64,000 nt of DNA from Candidatus Magasanikiibacteriota bacterium (GCA_016207245.1 JACQQA010000012.1:5722-69721), one strand, 5' to 3'. Numbered from the stretch's first letter, positions 1-10,484 are shown. Program-made: numbers and translations. Notes: generated by a model from the letters alone, not told the origin.

Positions 1-2763
1 TGTGCCACCAGCAAATATTCTAGCAGACGGATTGCTGGAAGACAAAGCAACTTCTACCTGACCGCCGGCTGTGCCGACTGTGAGAGGATTGGCGCTCGCG
101 CCGCTGATTACTTCGGTGACCTGATTCTTGGTTGTTTGACCAGTACCAGTCACATCATTAGCAGTGTTTACGTCAATTTGGTGCGTGCCAGCTGTCGCGC
201 CGCCAGCAATGTTAGCGTGGATTTCCACGAGCAATTTTTTGCCGGCTTTGACAACAAATTGGTCATCGCCGCTCAAATTCCAAGTATAATCCTCGTCGTC
301 ACCGGCATCACTGTCAGAACCAGCGACAACTTCGCTTAAAGCGACCATAGTACCTGAACCGTTGTTGCTATCCCCATCCTTATCCACCCACAGACGAATA
401 TTCTGCAAATCAATTGATTTCGCGGTTGTCACCACGTTAGTGGCAATAAACTGAGAAATCTTGATATCTTCGGTGGAAGCGGAAGCATCCAACATCACTT
501 TGCTAAACAAGACATCAGTAGTTCCCGGAGCGTACGTTTTGGCTGCCGGAGTTGACAGAGTGGTCACTGTCAAAGAAGCGGTCTGCACTGTCTTGGTATT
601 AGCAGTTACCAAGGCATTAGGAGTAGCATAAGGAGTGCCGGTGCCTAAAGTGATATCCAATGAGCTGTTGACACCTCTCGCTATAAAGTTTGCAGTGTTA
701 CGCATATCAATAGACACCGAGATAGTATCGCCAGCCGCCGGAGTAGTATCAATCGTACCTTTCAAAGTCAAGACATTATCACCTGGCTGCAAAGTAAAGG
801 TATCGGTGGAAGTGGCATAGCCGGGAGATGCCGCGCCAACGCCGTCAACTCCACCAATCACCGCCTTACCAGCGGCATCATACAAGACCAAACTATCCAA
901 ACCGGTTGGTACGACTGTGCCGGTGGTAGCAATCCTGAAAACCAAAGTCCTTACGTCAATCGGCTCGCCAACGACGTTGAAATTCCAGGAAGCCAATTCA
1001 ACACCAGTCGCGTTCTTTGGAACATTACCGGCTGGAACATTGTTCACTTTAGTAACATTCAATTTACCTTGTGAAACTGTGATAGTGTTTGTCATCGCAG
1101 TCGCGCTATCAGTCGGAGTAATATACACTCCGTTGGTAACATCTTTGACAGCGGCATGAGTGGCATACTGCAAATCAAGATTGATCGTGCGGCCGGAACC
1201 AGCGGTTAAATCAGCATAAACGTCATATGTGCGATCATAACCCTTGTCAAGAATACAATCGTCTCCGCACGCGGAAAGGTCAAAGTTAACATATTTGCCA
1301 ACCATTGACGCGCTCGCAAGCGTGACATTGTTGTATTTCAACTTGAAACTTGCAATGTCGGCATCAGCCACAGTACCAGAATTATAAAGAGTCAATTTTT
1401 CCATCTGAATCTTCTTAGCATCCGAACCAGTGGTACCGTTGGTCAACTTAACGCTGGCTACCAAGACGTTGGTAGCGCCAACCTGCTTGGTAACTGAACC
1501 AACTGCTGAACCCTCGGCAAATGTCGCGCTAGATAAAGTTAAACTCTCATTGGTAGTCAAAGCATTACCTTCAACCGGCAAACCAGAAACTGTACCAGCG
1601 CCAACCAGAGTAACAGAAGTAAGAGACAATTTCGGAACATTACCGGCAACGAATGAAGTGCTTGAACCATCAGCGGCGTCCATGTTGCCTACCAAAGTAT
1701 AGGTCTTGCTGGTGCCGGCAGGAATAGTGATATTCTCAGTGAAAGTCACCTCATGGTCAGAGTTCAATGTTTTACCAGAATCATTTAAGAAATTACCCTC
1801 TGGTGTCAAAACATTAAGTGTTGAGAAATCACCATCGGTTGCTGGTGAATTAGTGCGTTTTACCTTGAATGAATCAATGGTAACATCCGCATCGCCTGCC
1901 TTAAATACAACTTTGGTAAACGGCACGCGTGAAGCGCCGGCCATCGCATAACCACTTGCTGGGGTATCCGCGGCCAAACTCACGGTCAAACTGCCAGCTA
2001 CGGTTGTACCGCCGCCAGTTGTTCCGGTGTCACCCGTCGTTTCGCTGGCTTCTACTTGACCAGCATCTTCAGTCACGCTCGCGGCAGTAACGGTAGTATC
2101 AGATACTTCTAAAGCGTCAACAACGCTCGCTGCCGGCATCTGGACATACTTTGCCACAAAAGCTGGCAAAGAGCCGTCAACCTCATGCAAAGCACCGCCT
2201 TCTACTTTGTAAGTAACTGTGCCTTTCTTCACCAACATGCCTTCGTGCGGTTTGGTGCCGTCAACTTCTCCGCTTACTTCATCGTAGGTATCAAAATAGA
2301 TATCCGGAAGATCACGGACCATTTTTGCCCAATTATTTCCGTATAAAGCTTTGGCCGCGGCCTCGCTGGAAATTTTCTTTACATCGCTATTCGGTAATAC
2401 GGCATAAACATTCGGGGAAATAACGGTCTTGACGAGCAATGAACCAGGCAGATAACTGACGCCGCCGCCTGATGGATAAGCCGCCACGCATGTGTTATCA
2501 ATCGTCACAACTCCTGAAAAGTCCTCATACCAAGTATGATAAACTTCGGAGTTGAAGAAATACATTCTTTCCATGTCAGCATTGACATAATAAACGGCGG
2601 AATTGTCGGGAACCTTAAACAGATCTCCGGCTTCCAATTCCGGGCAATCAGCCGCGACAGCGACGAGCGGTACCAAAGCGGACACGCCCACGCTCCACAG
2701 AATTGTCATGACAACGACGGACACGGTAAAGACTTTTTTACCTATTTTTAATAAGTCTGTCAT
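1..2763 (-). CDS. Large secreted surface/S-layer-like protein (3' end outside window, >920 aa)
   Basis: Missing from the ORF track because it runs off the edge. The minus-strand frame from ATG 2763 reads MTDLLKIGKKVFTVSVVVMTILWSVGVSALVPLVAVAADCPELEAGDLFKV...: a signal peptide, then T/V/A/G-rich beta-sandwich-like repeats. The many short + strand ORFs here are its antisense shadow. Confidence 0.8.
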   Translation of the reverse strand, partial: MTDLLKIGKKVFTVSVVVMTILWSVGVSALVPLVAVAADCPELEAGDLFKVPDNSAVYYVNADMERMYFFNSEVYHTWYEDFSGVVTIDNTCVAAYPSGGGVSYLPGSLLVKTVISPNVYAVLPNSDVKKISSEAAAKALYGNNWAKMVRDLPDIYFDTYDEVSGEVDGTKPHEGMLVKKGTVTYKVEGGALHEVDGSLPAFVAKYVQMPAASVVDALEVSDTTVTAASVTEDAGQVEASETTGDTGTTGGGTTVAGSLTVSLAADTPASGYAMAGASRVPFTKVVFKAGDADVTIDSFKVKRTNSPATDGDFSTLNVLTPEGNFLNDSGKTLNSDHEVTFTENITIPAGTSKTYTLVGNMDAADGSSTSFVAGNVPKLSLTSVTLVGAGTVSGLPVEGNALTTNESLTLSSATFAEGSAVGSVTKQVGATNVLVASVKLTNGTTGSDAKKIQMEKLTLYNSGTVADADIASFKLKYNNVTLASASMVGKYVNFDLSACGDDCILDKGYDRTYDVYADLTAGSGRTINLDLQYATHAAVKDVTNGVYITPTDSATAMTNTITVSQGKLNVTKVNNVPAGNVPKNATGVELASWNFNVVGEPIDVRTLVFRIATTGTVVPTGLDSLVLYDAAGKAVIGGVDGVGAASPGYATSTDTFTLQPGDNVLTLKGTIDTTPAAGDTISVSIDMRNTANFIARGVNSSLDITLGTGTPYATPNALVTANTKTVQTASLTVTTLSTPAAKTYAPGTTDVLFSKVMLDASASTEDIKISQFIATNVVTTAKSIDLQNIRLWVDKDGDSNNGSGTMVALSEVVAGSDSDAGDDEDYTWNLSGDDQFVVKAGKKLLVEIHANIAGGATAGTHQIDVNTANDVTGTGQTTKNQVTEVISGASANPLTVGTAGGQVEVALSSSNPSARIFAGGT

Positions 2764-3035
2764 AATGAATTTATTCACTTATTCCGTAGCGCCCCGACGT
2801 TACGTCGGGATCAACGAAATAAGCAATTTGGTTAAATGTATCTATCGACTCTCGCGAGCCTCGACCTATTTGATAGACACTGCCCTTTTCTCCGCCTTGC
2901 TTTGCCAGCCTTGGGCTGTGGGCGGAGCCAACTGTATGGCTAAATAATTTCCCCCTAGCGGGGAATCACCGGCTTTGATTTATCTAAATTTATCAGAACC
3001 GCTGATCCCCCGCCATGGCGGGACTGACCATACAA

Positions 3036-3048
3036 TTTTTAAAGAGCA
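3036..3048 (-). promoter_or_regulatory. boxA-like antitermination motif in surface-protein leader
   Basis: TGCTCTTTAAAAA matches the rRNA boxA consensus GYTCTTTAANA; it follows a 13-bp inverted repeat at 3062-3103. Confidence 0.5.
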
Positions 3049-3103
3049 TTGTTAATAATTTATCCAGCACCTTCCCGGAATACCTCGCAAGAAGGTGCTG
3101 GAT

Positions 3104-4363
3104 TTATTTAATTTCGGTTTTAATCGTTGTTGTTGTGGCAGGAATAGGAGTATTATTTAAAACCCCGCTGTTTACCGCGTCCACGGCTTTTTTAACTTCA
3201 ACCACTGTTCTCTCCGCCTGTTCCGCTGCTTGAGTGGCATCTTTCACTTTACTTATAGCCTCCAACAAATGATTGCCTTCAACCAAAACTTTTGCCTCCT
3301 CTAATGTTTTCTGGCTTTCCTGTCCTTGCGCGATTGCTTGTTTGCTTACATCGCCCAATACATCTTTAATCGTGGAAGTCGGCAAAACAATCGGAGTAGT
3401 GGAACTTACAACAACTTGAATTGAAGAAGTTGAAATCAAAATCGTTGAAGAAACACTGACCACAACATCAGAAGGCAAGTTGTTGGAAGTGACCGGGGCT
3501 GTTTCAAGCACTTTCACCGTATCCTCCGCCTTGCTTTTCATATCACCGGTGTCTTGCATGGCTACATCAATCTGCGTTTTAACAATTGTTTTAGCATCTT
3601 CATCAGAAACAACTCCGCTGTCATCTTTATTTTTTTGCACAACCGTTTGCACAATATCCAAACTGCTATCTTTGACGATTTGCTTTGTCCCGGCGACATC
3701 AACATCTTTTCCGCCCTGTTCCGCCGCCGCAGTTAATGTCTGATTGATATCTTTCGCGGTTTCTTGCATGCCTTTTACAACTTCAACAATTTTTTCCGGC
3801 TCGGTTTCCACCACTTCTTTAATTACTTCATTGGCAGTTTGAATTGACTTTTCCAATTTTACCATTGCTTCCGCCGCTCTTTGCGGAGCATCATCCTCTT
3901 TGTTTTCAACCACTTTTTTTACTTCTTTGGCTCGGCGAGTGGCAAATTCCAAATGCATCTGCGCTTGTTGGTCTTTCGCGCCGGCGACTGATGTTACCAA
4001 TTCTTGAGTTTTTTCCGCAGCCAACTTCACCCCATAACAAACCTCGCCCGGCAAACAATTTTGCGTCGCGCCCACGCTGGCAATCCAACCGCTGGTCGCT
4101 ATCGCGCCGACTAAGATAAAAATCGCCGTTGGACGCACCACGGAATAAGCTAACCGACCCGGCACAAATATATTAATCGCCTGCCAGACATAGTCAAACC
4201 TAAAACGCGGTTTGTCTTCGGAAACCGTATTATTAATTTGCGACATTAATTTCTTCCGATTTTGCGTAACCCAAGCCGAATCTGGATTTAACCGATCATT
4301 TTTTTCTTTGACTGTTTTTAATTGTGCCTTGAGAATTCGCGGCATAGCCAGTGAATTATTCAA
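3104..4363 (-). CDS. DUF5667-like membrane protein, putative anti-sigma factor
   Basis: One TM helix, then a LPGEVCYGVKLAAEK motif and a helical region; overlaps the 3' end of the ECF sigma gene. Confidence 0.6.
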   Translation of the reverse strand: MNNSLAMPRILKAQLKTVKEKNDRLNPDSAWVTQNRKKLMSQINNTVSEDKPRFRFDYVWQAINIFVPGRLAYSVVRPTAIFILVGAIATSGWIASVGATQNCLPGEVCYGVKLAAEKTQELVTSVAGAKDQQAQMHLEFATRRAKEVKKVVENKEDDAPQRAAEAMVKLEKSIQTANEVIKEVVETEPEKIVEVVKGMQETAKDINQTLTAAAEQGGKDVDVAGTKQIVKDSSLDIVQTVVQKNKDDSGVVSDEDAKTIVKTQIDVAMQDTGDMKSKAEDTVKVLETAPVTSNNLPSDVVVSVSSTILISTSSIQVVVSSTTPIVLPTSTIKDVLGDVSKQAIAQGQESQKTLEEAKVLVEGNHLLEAISKVKDATQAAEQAERTVVEVKKAVDAVNSGVLNNTPIPATTTTIKTEIK

Positions 4364-4925
4364 TTCTATTTTTTTCTAAAAGCTCCTTTAATTTTTTCAG
4401 CGCGCGGTGTAAAGTTACTCTGACATTTATTTGGCTTTTCCCCAAAATCCGCGCCACCTCCCCGGCTGATAATTCTTCTATATAATGCAATAACACCGCT
4501 TCTTGATATTCCAATTTCATTTTTTTTAAAGTCTTCATTATTTTTTCCACTTCTCCGCTAATCATCAGCCGATGTTCACCGCCGGCTTCTTCAACTGCCA
4601 AAGTTTCCACCACTGCGTCTAATGACGACTCCGGCAATCGTTTCGCCCGTTCACGATAAAAATCAACCACTAAATTTCTTGCTATCCGATAAATAAAACT
4701 CGCGAAACTTCTGATCTCTTGTTCGCTGTTTTCCACCAGATAATTCCAAGCTTTTAAAAATACTTCGCTGGTCAAATCCTCCGCTTCCTCACGACTGCTG
4801 ATTTTAAAGAAAATAAAACGATAAATCTTTTTCACGTATAAATCATAAAGTAATCCGTACGCTTCCGGATCTCTCTTAATTCTTACTTTATATAATAGCA
4901 ACTTCTCGTTTATCACGTCCTTCAT
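4356..4925 (-). CDS. ECF (sigma-70 group 4) RNA polymerase sigma factor
   Basis: Region 2 EAEDLTSEVFLKAW...YRIARNLVVDFYR; region 4 LSAGEVARILGKSQINVRVTLHRA. ATG 4925 preferred over the track start. Confidence 0.92.
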   Translation of the reverse strand: MKDVINEKLLLYKVRIKRDPEAYGLLYDLYVKKIYRFIFFKISSREEAEDLTSEVFLKAWNYLVENSEQEIRSFASFIYRIARNLVVDFYRERAKRLPESSLDAVVETLAVEEAGGEHRLMISGEVEKIMKTLKKMKLEYQEAVLLHYIEELSAGEVARILGKSQINVRVTLHRALKKLKELLEKNRIE

Positions 4926-4932
4926 AATATAA

Positions 4933-4958
4933 GACGGAGATAAGACAGAAATGTTACA
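4933..4958 (-). promoter_or_regulatory. Putative ECF autoregulatory promoter
   Basis: TGTAAC-N16-CGTC just upstream of the sigma ATG, resembling SigW/SigX-type promoters. Confidence 0.6.
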
Positions 4959-5133
4959 CCCCTTTTTCACTGCACCACCTTAATCACTACACCACCGCAC
5001 CACTGCGATGTTTGACTGATTTTCTACTTATCCACAGCTAAATATATAACAAAAACTAACCCCCGCGGGGGAGCCAGACACTGTAGTCAAAATAGTATAG
5101 CATAAGTTAGTGTAAAAGGCAAAAAAATTTTGA

Positions 5134-5258
5134 AACAGAATGCAAAACACAGATAACAGAATGCAACGAGCGGAGCGCTTGTCAGTAAAGTTAAGAAGAA
5201 AATCACAACTGTATTTTGCTATCCCTGCCTGCCGGCAGGCAGGTGTATTCTGAATTCT
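5134..5258. repeat. Inverted heptamer-array element with nested palindrome
   Basis: ACAGAAT/ACAGATA array ... CTGTATT/CTGAATT array; CCTGCCTGCCGGCAGGCAGG inserted at 5224-5243. Confidence 0.7.
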
Positions 5259-5265
5259 AAAAATT

Positions 5266-5451
5266 GTATACAACACTCTATACTTTCATAAAACAAGGCT
5301 AATTTTTAGGCTAACCTAAAACACAAAAATAGTATACAACACTCTATACTATTTTTTATAATCCTCTTTTAATCGCCTATTTTGAATATCCACACCTAAA
5401 CATTGACATTTTTCTGTAAATAATTTACAATAGTATACACTAGTCTATACT
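5266..5451. promoter_or_regulatory. Three palindromic operator-like sites plus sigma70 promoter of the HTH gene
   Basis: GTATA-N8-TATACT at 5266-5284, 5332-5350 and 5433-5451; TTGACA(5403)-N17-TACAAT(5426). Confidence 0.7.
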
Positions 5452-5454
5452 TCT

Positions 5455-5799
5455 ATGACTGAAATACGGACAAAAAACAGCCAAAAACAGATGGTTAGGG
5501 TGTCTATTTCAGAAGCCGCGAAGTTATTTGGCTTAAATCAGCAGACAATCCGCCGCGCCATTGCTAACCAAGAATTAACCTATATTGTCGTTGGCGGACG
5601 CTATAAAGTGAACTTTGAAAGTTTGGTGCGCTGGTCTCAGGCAAAAACAGCATTAAAAAATAAGCTGGACAAACAAGGTATTGGGCAGTATGTGGATAAG
5701 TGGAAAATAAAAAACACTCTTTACTCCCCTAGCCCGAAAGTTATACCAAAGATTGATGATATTGATGGCGAGGCAATACAAAATAAATCCGCTCAATAG
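5455..5799 (+). CDS. Excisionase-like (HTH_17) DNA-binding protein
   Basis: VSISEAAKLFGLNQQTIRRAI...GGRYKV winged-HTH pattern. Confidence 0.75.
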   Translation: MTEIRTKNSQKQMVRVSISEAAKLFGLNQQTIRRAIANQELTYIVVGGRYKVNFESLVRWSQAKTALKNKLDKQGIGQYVDKWKIKNTLYSPSPKVIPKIDDIDGEAIQNKSAQ

Positions 5800-5846
5800 G
5801 CGGATTTTGTATGTTTTGTCTTAACGAGATATAATACTAACTGCCT

Positions 5847-7700
5847 ATGCGTTTTGTTGAAACACACCTAACAAAAGATCGTTTATTCCACAAACCCCAC
5901 AAGTGGTTCTTGGCTTTTTTGTTATCGCCAATTCATTTTCTTGAACTGCATTATAAAAATAAATACCATCTCAATTTTCAACATGCCAAAAAACTTTTTG
6001 TATTTGACATGGGACTGCTTCTGTCAGTCGTTATGCTTTTGGCCGCCACTATTTTTTGGTTCACTTACAACCCAACTATTACAAATTTAATTTTTTTATC
6101 AATTAACACATCTTCTCCTGACACCAAAATTATCAGCGGCGACTACCTCACCTACACTATCACCTACCAAAATAAAAGCGATATTAAAATTGTTTCTCCG
6201 TCTTTGACAACTAATTTGCCGTCGGGCTTTGTTATTGAGACGACAGAACCGAAAGAATCTTTTAATCCAATGGAGCGCAAATTTACTCTTGTCGATTTAT
6301 CACCCGAACAACATGGCCAAGCGGTGATCAGCGGCTGGTTTTACGGCACGCCGGGTGTTGAAAACAAAATTACCGCGATTTTAGAATATACGCAAGAAGG
6401 TCGGACAAACAAAGAGATAAAATCAACTCCCTTGTTTCAATTCCAACGCGGATCGGTTTTAAAAACTGAAATCAACGCGCCGGAAAAACTTATCGCCACC
6501 GGATCAACTCCGATCAAAATAACTTTAACTAATAATGGCAAACGGACGTTAAATAATATTACTCTGCCGCTCGCACTCCCTGCCGGGCTATCTCTGGTTG
6601 GACTAAAAACCGACAAAGAGAAAATAGAAAACAAGCGGTGGCAGATAGACGAATTAAAACCAAACGAAATAGTTAATCTTTCGGCCGAGTTAAAAACGAA
6701 TTTGTCGGAACAAACTAAAGCCGCGGCATTAAAGCTGACACCGTCAATAGAAGTAAACGGCGCAAAAATCGCCCAAAACACTGTTGAAAAAAACTTTTTG
6801 GTTTTGCATCCGCGAATTTCCGTCCAGTCTTATTGGACAAATGAATCTGAAAAAACGCAACCCGGACAAACGGTTGAGCTCAATTTATCCCTCGCCAACA
6901 ATGGCGATATTGATTTAAATAATTTGGAAATAACCGTGCCAATCCAAAGCGAAATTATAAACACCGCTAAATTGACAAAGTTAAACACCGGTAATTATAA
7001 AGACAAAATCTTTACCATCAATTCCAGACATAACGCCGGACTATTGATGCTGGCTAAAAATCAGACAAAAGATTTAACAATAAAAATTCCAATTCTTGAA
7101 TCGCCGGCTGACGGCGCTGACTTAATTTTGAAACTCAATCCGGAATTAAAAGCCAATCTTAATGAACTAACTGGCGCTGCTTATCAAACCAAAATTTCGG
7201 CTCCGGAAATAAAAATCGGCACGCAATTGGACTTAACCGGCGAGGTGCGTTATTTCACCGCTGACGGCGACCAGCTGGGCCGCGGTCCGCTCCCGCCAGA
7301 AGCTGGCAAGGAAACCAAATATTGGGCGCTGTTAAAAATCACAAACACCACCAGCAAAGTTACTAATTTGATTCTAACTGGTAAACTTCCCGAATATGTC
7401 GCGTGGACTAACAAAAGCAGTGTGAGCCACGGCAGTAGCGTAAATTTCAATGAAAAAACTAAAATAATTTCCTGGTCGCTTAACTCGCTCGCGCCGCAAC
7501 AAACTGTTGGCATCTATTTTGAATTAGCTTTAACGCCAACCGCCGAACAGGTTGGAACCGCGCCGATTATTTTACAAAATATTAAACTGGAAGCAACCGA
7601 CGACTTTATTAAAGAGAAAACCTCGCATACTCTGCAGGATTTAGATACTTCTTTGACACATGATTTGATTGGGAGAGAGAAAGGGGTGAAAATAAAATAA
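5847..7700 (+). CDS. Membrane-anchored protein with DUF11-like Ig domains
   Basis: N-terminal TM; repeated TYTITYQN / ITLTNNG / LSLANNG strands; DQLGRGPLPP..TKYW motif. Confidence 0.6.
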   Translation: MRFVETHLTKDRLFHKPHKWFLAFLLSPIHFLELHYKNKYHLNFQHAKKLFVFDMGLLLSVVMLLAATIFWFTYNPTITNLIFLSINTSSPDTKIISGDYLTYTITYQNKSDIKIVSPSLTTNLPSGFVIETTEPKESFNPMERKFTLVDLSPEQHGQAVISGWFYGTPGVENKITAILEYTQEGRTNKEIKSTPLFQFQRGSVLKTEINAPEKLIATGSTPIKITLTNNGKRTLNNITLPLALPAGLSLVGLKTDKEKIENKRWQIDELKPNEIVNLSAELKTNLSEQTKAAALKLTPSIEVNGAKIAQNTVEKNFLVLHPRISVQSYWTNESEKTQPGQTVELNLSLANNGDIDLNNLEITVPIQSEIINTAKLTKLNTGNYKDKIFTINSRHNAGLLMLAKNQTKDLTIKIPILESPADGADLILKLNPELKANLNELTGAAYQTKISAPEIKIGTQLDLTGEVRYFTADGDQLGRGPLPPEAGKETKYWALLKITNTTSKVTNLILTGKLPEYVAWTNKSSVSHGSSVNFNEKTKIISWSLNSLAPQQTVGIYFELALTPTAEQVGTAPIILQNIKLEATDDFIKEKTSHTLQDLDTSLTHDLIGREKGVKIK

Positions 7701-7775
7701 GAGATAGTGTGAGATAATATAGAGATAAAAGAAACAGATAAGCAGTAATCTAAGCTGAAAAACAGCATTCAGCCC

Positions 7776-7869
7776 TTGACAAGAGGGCTTTTTTGTGGTA
7801 TAATTATCTGTCAATTTATGCCCAAATCGGGTATATTGGCAAGAGGAAGGACCGACGCTCTTTACAATA
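7776..7869 (+). promoter_or_regulatory. Sigma70 promoter and boxA-like motif
   Basis: TTGACA-N17-TATAAT with extended TG; GCTCTTTACAATA at 7857-7869. Confidence 0.65.
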
Positions 7870-7933
7870 GATTGGATTCGCCATGTTGGCGAGTCTTGCG
7901 ATTTTCGTAATTTCAAGAAAAGCGAGGTGCGCG

Positions 7934-10399
7934 ATGGAGACTCTGGAAAAGGTCGTGGCGGTCGCAATGCTGTTCCTGTTCGCGATTCTGTTCGTTTCTG
8001 CGGGCTGTTCTACTGGAGTCAAATGGCAGTGCAAGAAGGACTTGGACTGCGACGACGACAATCTCTGCACCAAGGATTCTTGCAGTGCTGGCATCTGCCA
8101 CTTCGCGAAAGTCAAAGGGTGCGACAACCAGCAGGTGTGCGAAGACGACACTTGCGACAAGACTAACGACGGCGAGTCCAAGGTTGACTCGTCCCCGCCT
8201 CCAGACAATCCGTACAATCCACCGCCGGACACTACCACACCTGAACCCAGTCCGGACACAACGGACACTATTGACAGTGGAACGGAGAACGAGGAAGGCG
8301 GGACGACGGAGACGACCGACACCGCCAACCACGATACGGCGGATACGGACGCGACTAATGGAGATGCGGAAGTTGAGAGTGCTGACGAAGAAGTTGCCGG
8401 ACAGGATGCGGAAACGGCGGAAGCGGAGACAACTCAACTGCCGTGTATCACTTGTGACAATGACGTTGAAGCGTCAGATGCTGGTAGTGATACTGCCGGC
8501 AATGGAGCTGAGGCGTCAATCGCTAATCCCGATTCAAGTCCGGACACTACGGACAGCGGAACGGGGAACGATGGGACGGACGGGGACGGAGATGGCGGAA
8601 AAATCGTTCTGCCACTTCAAGATACTGTCGTCGGGACTGATACTCCAACTCCAGATGTTGTGATGACTAACGACAGCAGTGTCGGTCAAAACGACGATGG
8701 CACGGCAGGACTTGTAGAAATCGGAGTTGACAGTGAATCAGAGGTTGGTCAGAACACGGAAACGACGGAAGAGATATCTCAATCGCCGTGCATCTGCGCT
8801 GACGACAACAATCCATGCACCGACGACTTCTGCAACGACGCGAACCAGTGCGTTCACGAATCAATCGTGGACTGTTGCGTCAAGAACGTTGAATGCGACG
8901 ATAGCGATGTCTGCAATGGAGTGGAAACCTGCGACGCGAACAAGTGCGTCGGTGGTGAACCTCTCGTCTGCGACGACTTCAATGTCTGCACCGACGACTA
9001 CTGCGACTCGATGGACGGCTGCGTCTACGAGCCAAACTCAAACCCCTGTGACGATGGCAATGCCTGCACGATTGGCGATGTCTGCGAACAGGGCGAGTGT
9101 GCATACACGGAAACGTGTGAGTGCATCACAAATGCCGAATGCGGAGATGGAAACAAGTGCACCACTGAATCGTGCGTTAGCAACAAATGCAAGTACGATA
9201 ACGTGGGATGCAACGATTCCGACGCTTGCACCACAGACACCTGCGCTCCGGAAATCGGCTGTGTGTTCGCACAGATCGTCGTTGACGACAACGATGCCTG
9301 CACGGACGACAGTTGTAATTCGGACACGGGCGTGGCGCACATCATCAAGGACTGCGATGACAAGAATGCTTGCACTGCGGATTCCTGCGTCGATGGCCAG
9401 TGCGTCCACACTAACACTTGCGAGTGCATCACGAACCTTCAGTGCGATGACGAAGACATTTGCAGTGGAGTGGAAACCTGTGACGACAACAAATGTGTCG
9501 CGGGACAAAAACTCATTTGCAACGACTTCAACGTCTGCACCACCGACACATGCGACCCGGACAAGGGTTGCGTGTACGAACCGGTCAGCGGCTGCTGTAA
9601 GGCAGACGTTGACTGCAACGACCTCAACGAGTGCACCGGCGACGCGTGCGTCAAGTCCAGCGGTGAGTGTGTACACTTCGGCATCATGGGCAACTGTGAT
9701 GATACCAACGAATGCACCACTAACGACGCGTGCAAGGACAGCAAGTGCGTCGGCGGGCCAGCTCCTAGCTGCAATGACAACAATGTCTGCACCGCGGACT
9801 CGTGCGATTCGGCCATCGGCTGTCAGCATTCAGCTGTCAGCGACAACACGTCGTGCGCGGACAGCACAGTCTGCAATGGCGCGGAAACGTGCCAAAGCGG
9901 ACAATGCGAATCTGGCACGCCGCTTGTCTGCGACGACGGAAATCTGTGCACCGACGACTCATGCGACATGGCAGTCGGCTGCCAGCACGCCAACAACTCC
10001 AACCCCTGCGACGATGGCAACGCCTGCACGATTGACGACAGCTGTTCGCAGGGCGCATGTGAATCCGGTGCTCTCAAAAACTGTGGCGACGGGAAGAATT
10101 GCACCCTTGACATGTGCGATGTCAAGCTGGGATGTTTCAATCCTGTCTGGGGTGTTAACCCCAATGATGACTGCGGTAAATGGGACACAGACGGCGACGG
10201 CAAACAGGACAACGGCGCTGACGTGGACTCCGATAACGACGGGGTCTGCGATCCTGGCGAGTCGCAAACCACCGGACAACCTTGCGTCGGGTCGGATAAT
10301 TGCTGGCTAAAAACAAATCCCGCCCAAACCGATACCGACAACGATGGTCTTGGCGACGCCTGCGACCCGGACAAAAATGGAGATGGCATCCCCGACTAA
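7934..10399 (+). CDS. Cys/Asp-rich repeat lipoprotein (CDDxNxCTxDxC repeats, C-terminal thrombospondin type-3-like Ca-binding repeats)
   Basis: GAGGTG RBS before ATG 7934; lipobox-like FVSAGC; many CxDxNxCT repeats; DTDNDGLGDACD; higher GC than its neighbours. Confidence 0.8.
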   Translation: METLEKVVAVAMLFLFAILFVSAGCSTGVKWQCKKDLDCDDDNLCTKDSCSAGICHFAKVKGCDNQQVCEDDTCDKTNDGESKVDSSPPPDNPYNPPPDTTTPEPSPDTTDTIDSGTENEEGGTTETTDTANHDTADTDATNGDAEVESADEEVAGQDAETAEAETTQLPCITCDNDVEASDAGSDTAGNGAEASIANPDSSPDTTDSGTGNDGTDGDGDGGKIVLPLQDTVVGTDTPTPDVVMTNDSSVGQNDDGTAGLVEIGVDSESEVGQNTETTEEISQSPCICADDNNPCTDDFCNDANQCVHESIVDCCVKNVECDDSDVCNGVETCDANKCVGGEPLVCDDFNVCTDDYCDSMDGCVYEPNSNPCDDGNACTIGDVCEQGECAYTETCECITNAECGDGNKCTTESCVSNKCKYDNVGCNDSDACTTDTCAPEIGCVFAQIVVDDNDACTDDSCNSDTGVAHIIKDCDDKNACTADSCVDGQCVHTNTCECITNLQCDDEDICSGVETCDDNKCVAGQKLICNDFNVCTTDTCDPDKGCVYEPVSGCCKADVDCNDLNECTGDACVKSSGECVHFGIMGNCDDTNECTTNDACKDSKCVGGPAPSCNDNNVCTADSCDSAIGCQHSAVSDNTSCADSTVCNGAETCQSGQCESGTPLVCDDGNLCTDDSCDMAVGCQHANNSNPCDDGNACTIDDSCSQGACESGALKNCGDGKNCTLDMCDVKLGCFNPVWGVNPNDDCGKWDTDGDGKQDNGADVDSDNDGVCDPGESQTTGQPCVGSDNCWLKTNPAQTDTDNDGLGDACDPDKNGDGIPD

Positions 10400-10484
10400 A
10401 ACCAACCAGCTCTTTCATAGCCGAAGCAATCCTTCCCGCTTCGGCTCCAATCCCTTTTGTTTATTTTAAAAGTAAACAGAAGAG

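Noticed and set aside
136-2947. Series of short + strand ORFs
   Set aside because: Antisense shadows of the long minus-strand surface-protein gene.
4971-5454. oriC
   Set aside because: Only one perfect DnaA box in the gap and no dnaA/dnaN nearby.
5455-5799. Prophage or ICE marked by excisionase
   Set aside because: No integrase, att pair or phage genes nearby.
8727-10310. 527-aa alternative-frame ORF and antisense ORFs over the Cys-rich gene
   Set aside because: By-products of repetitive GC-rich codon usage; no RBS or recognisable domains.
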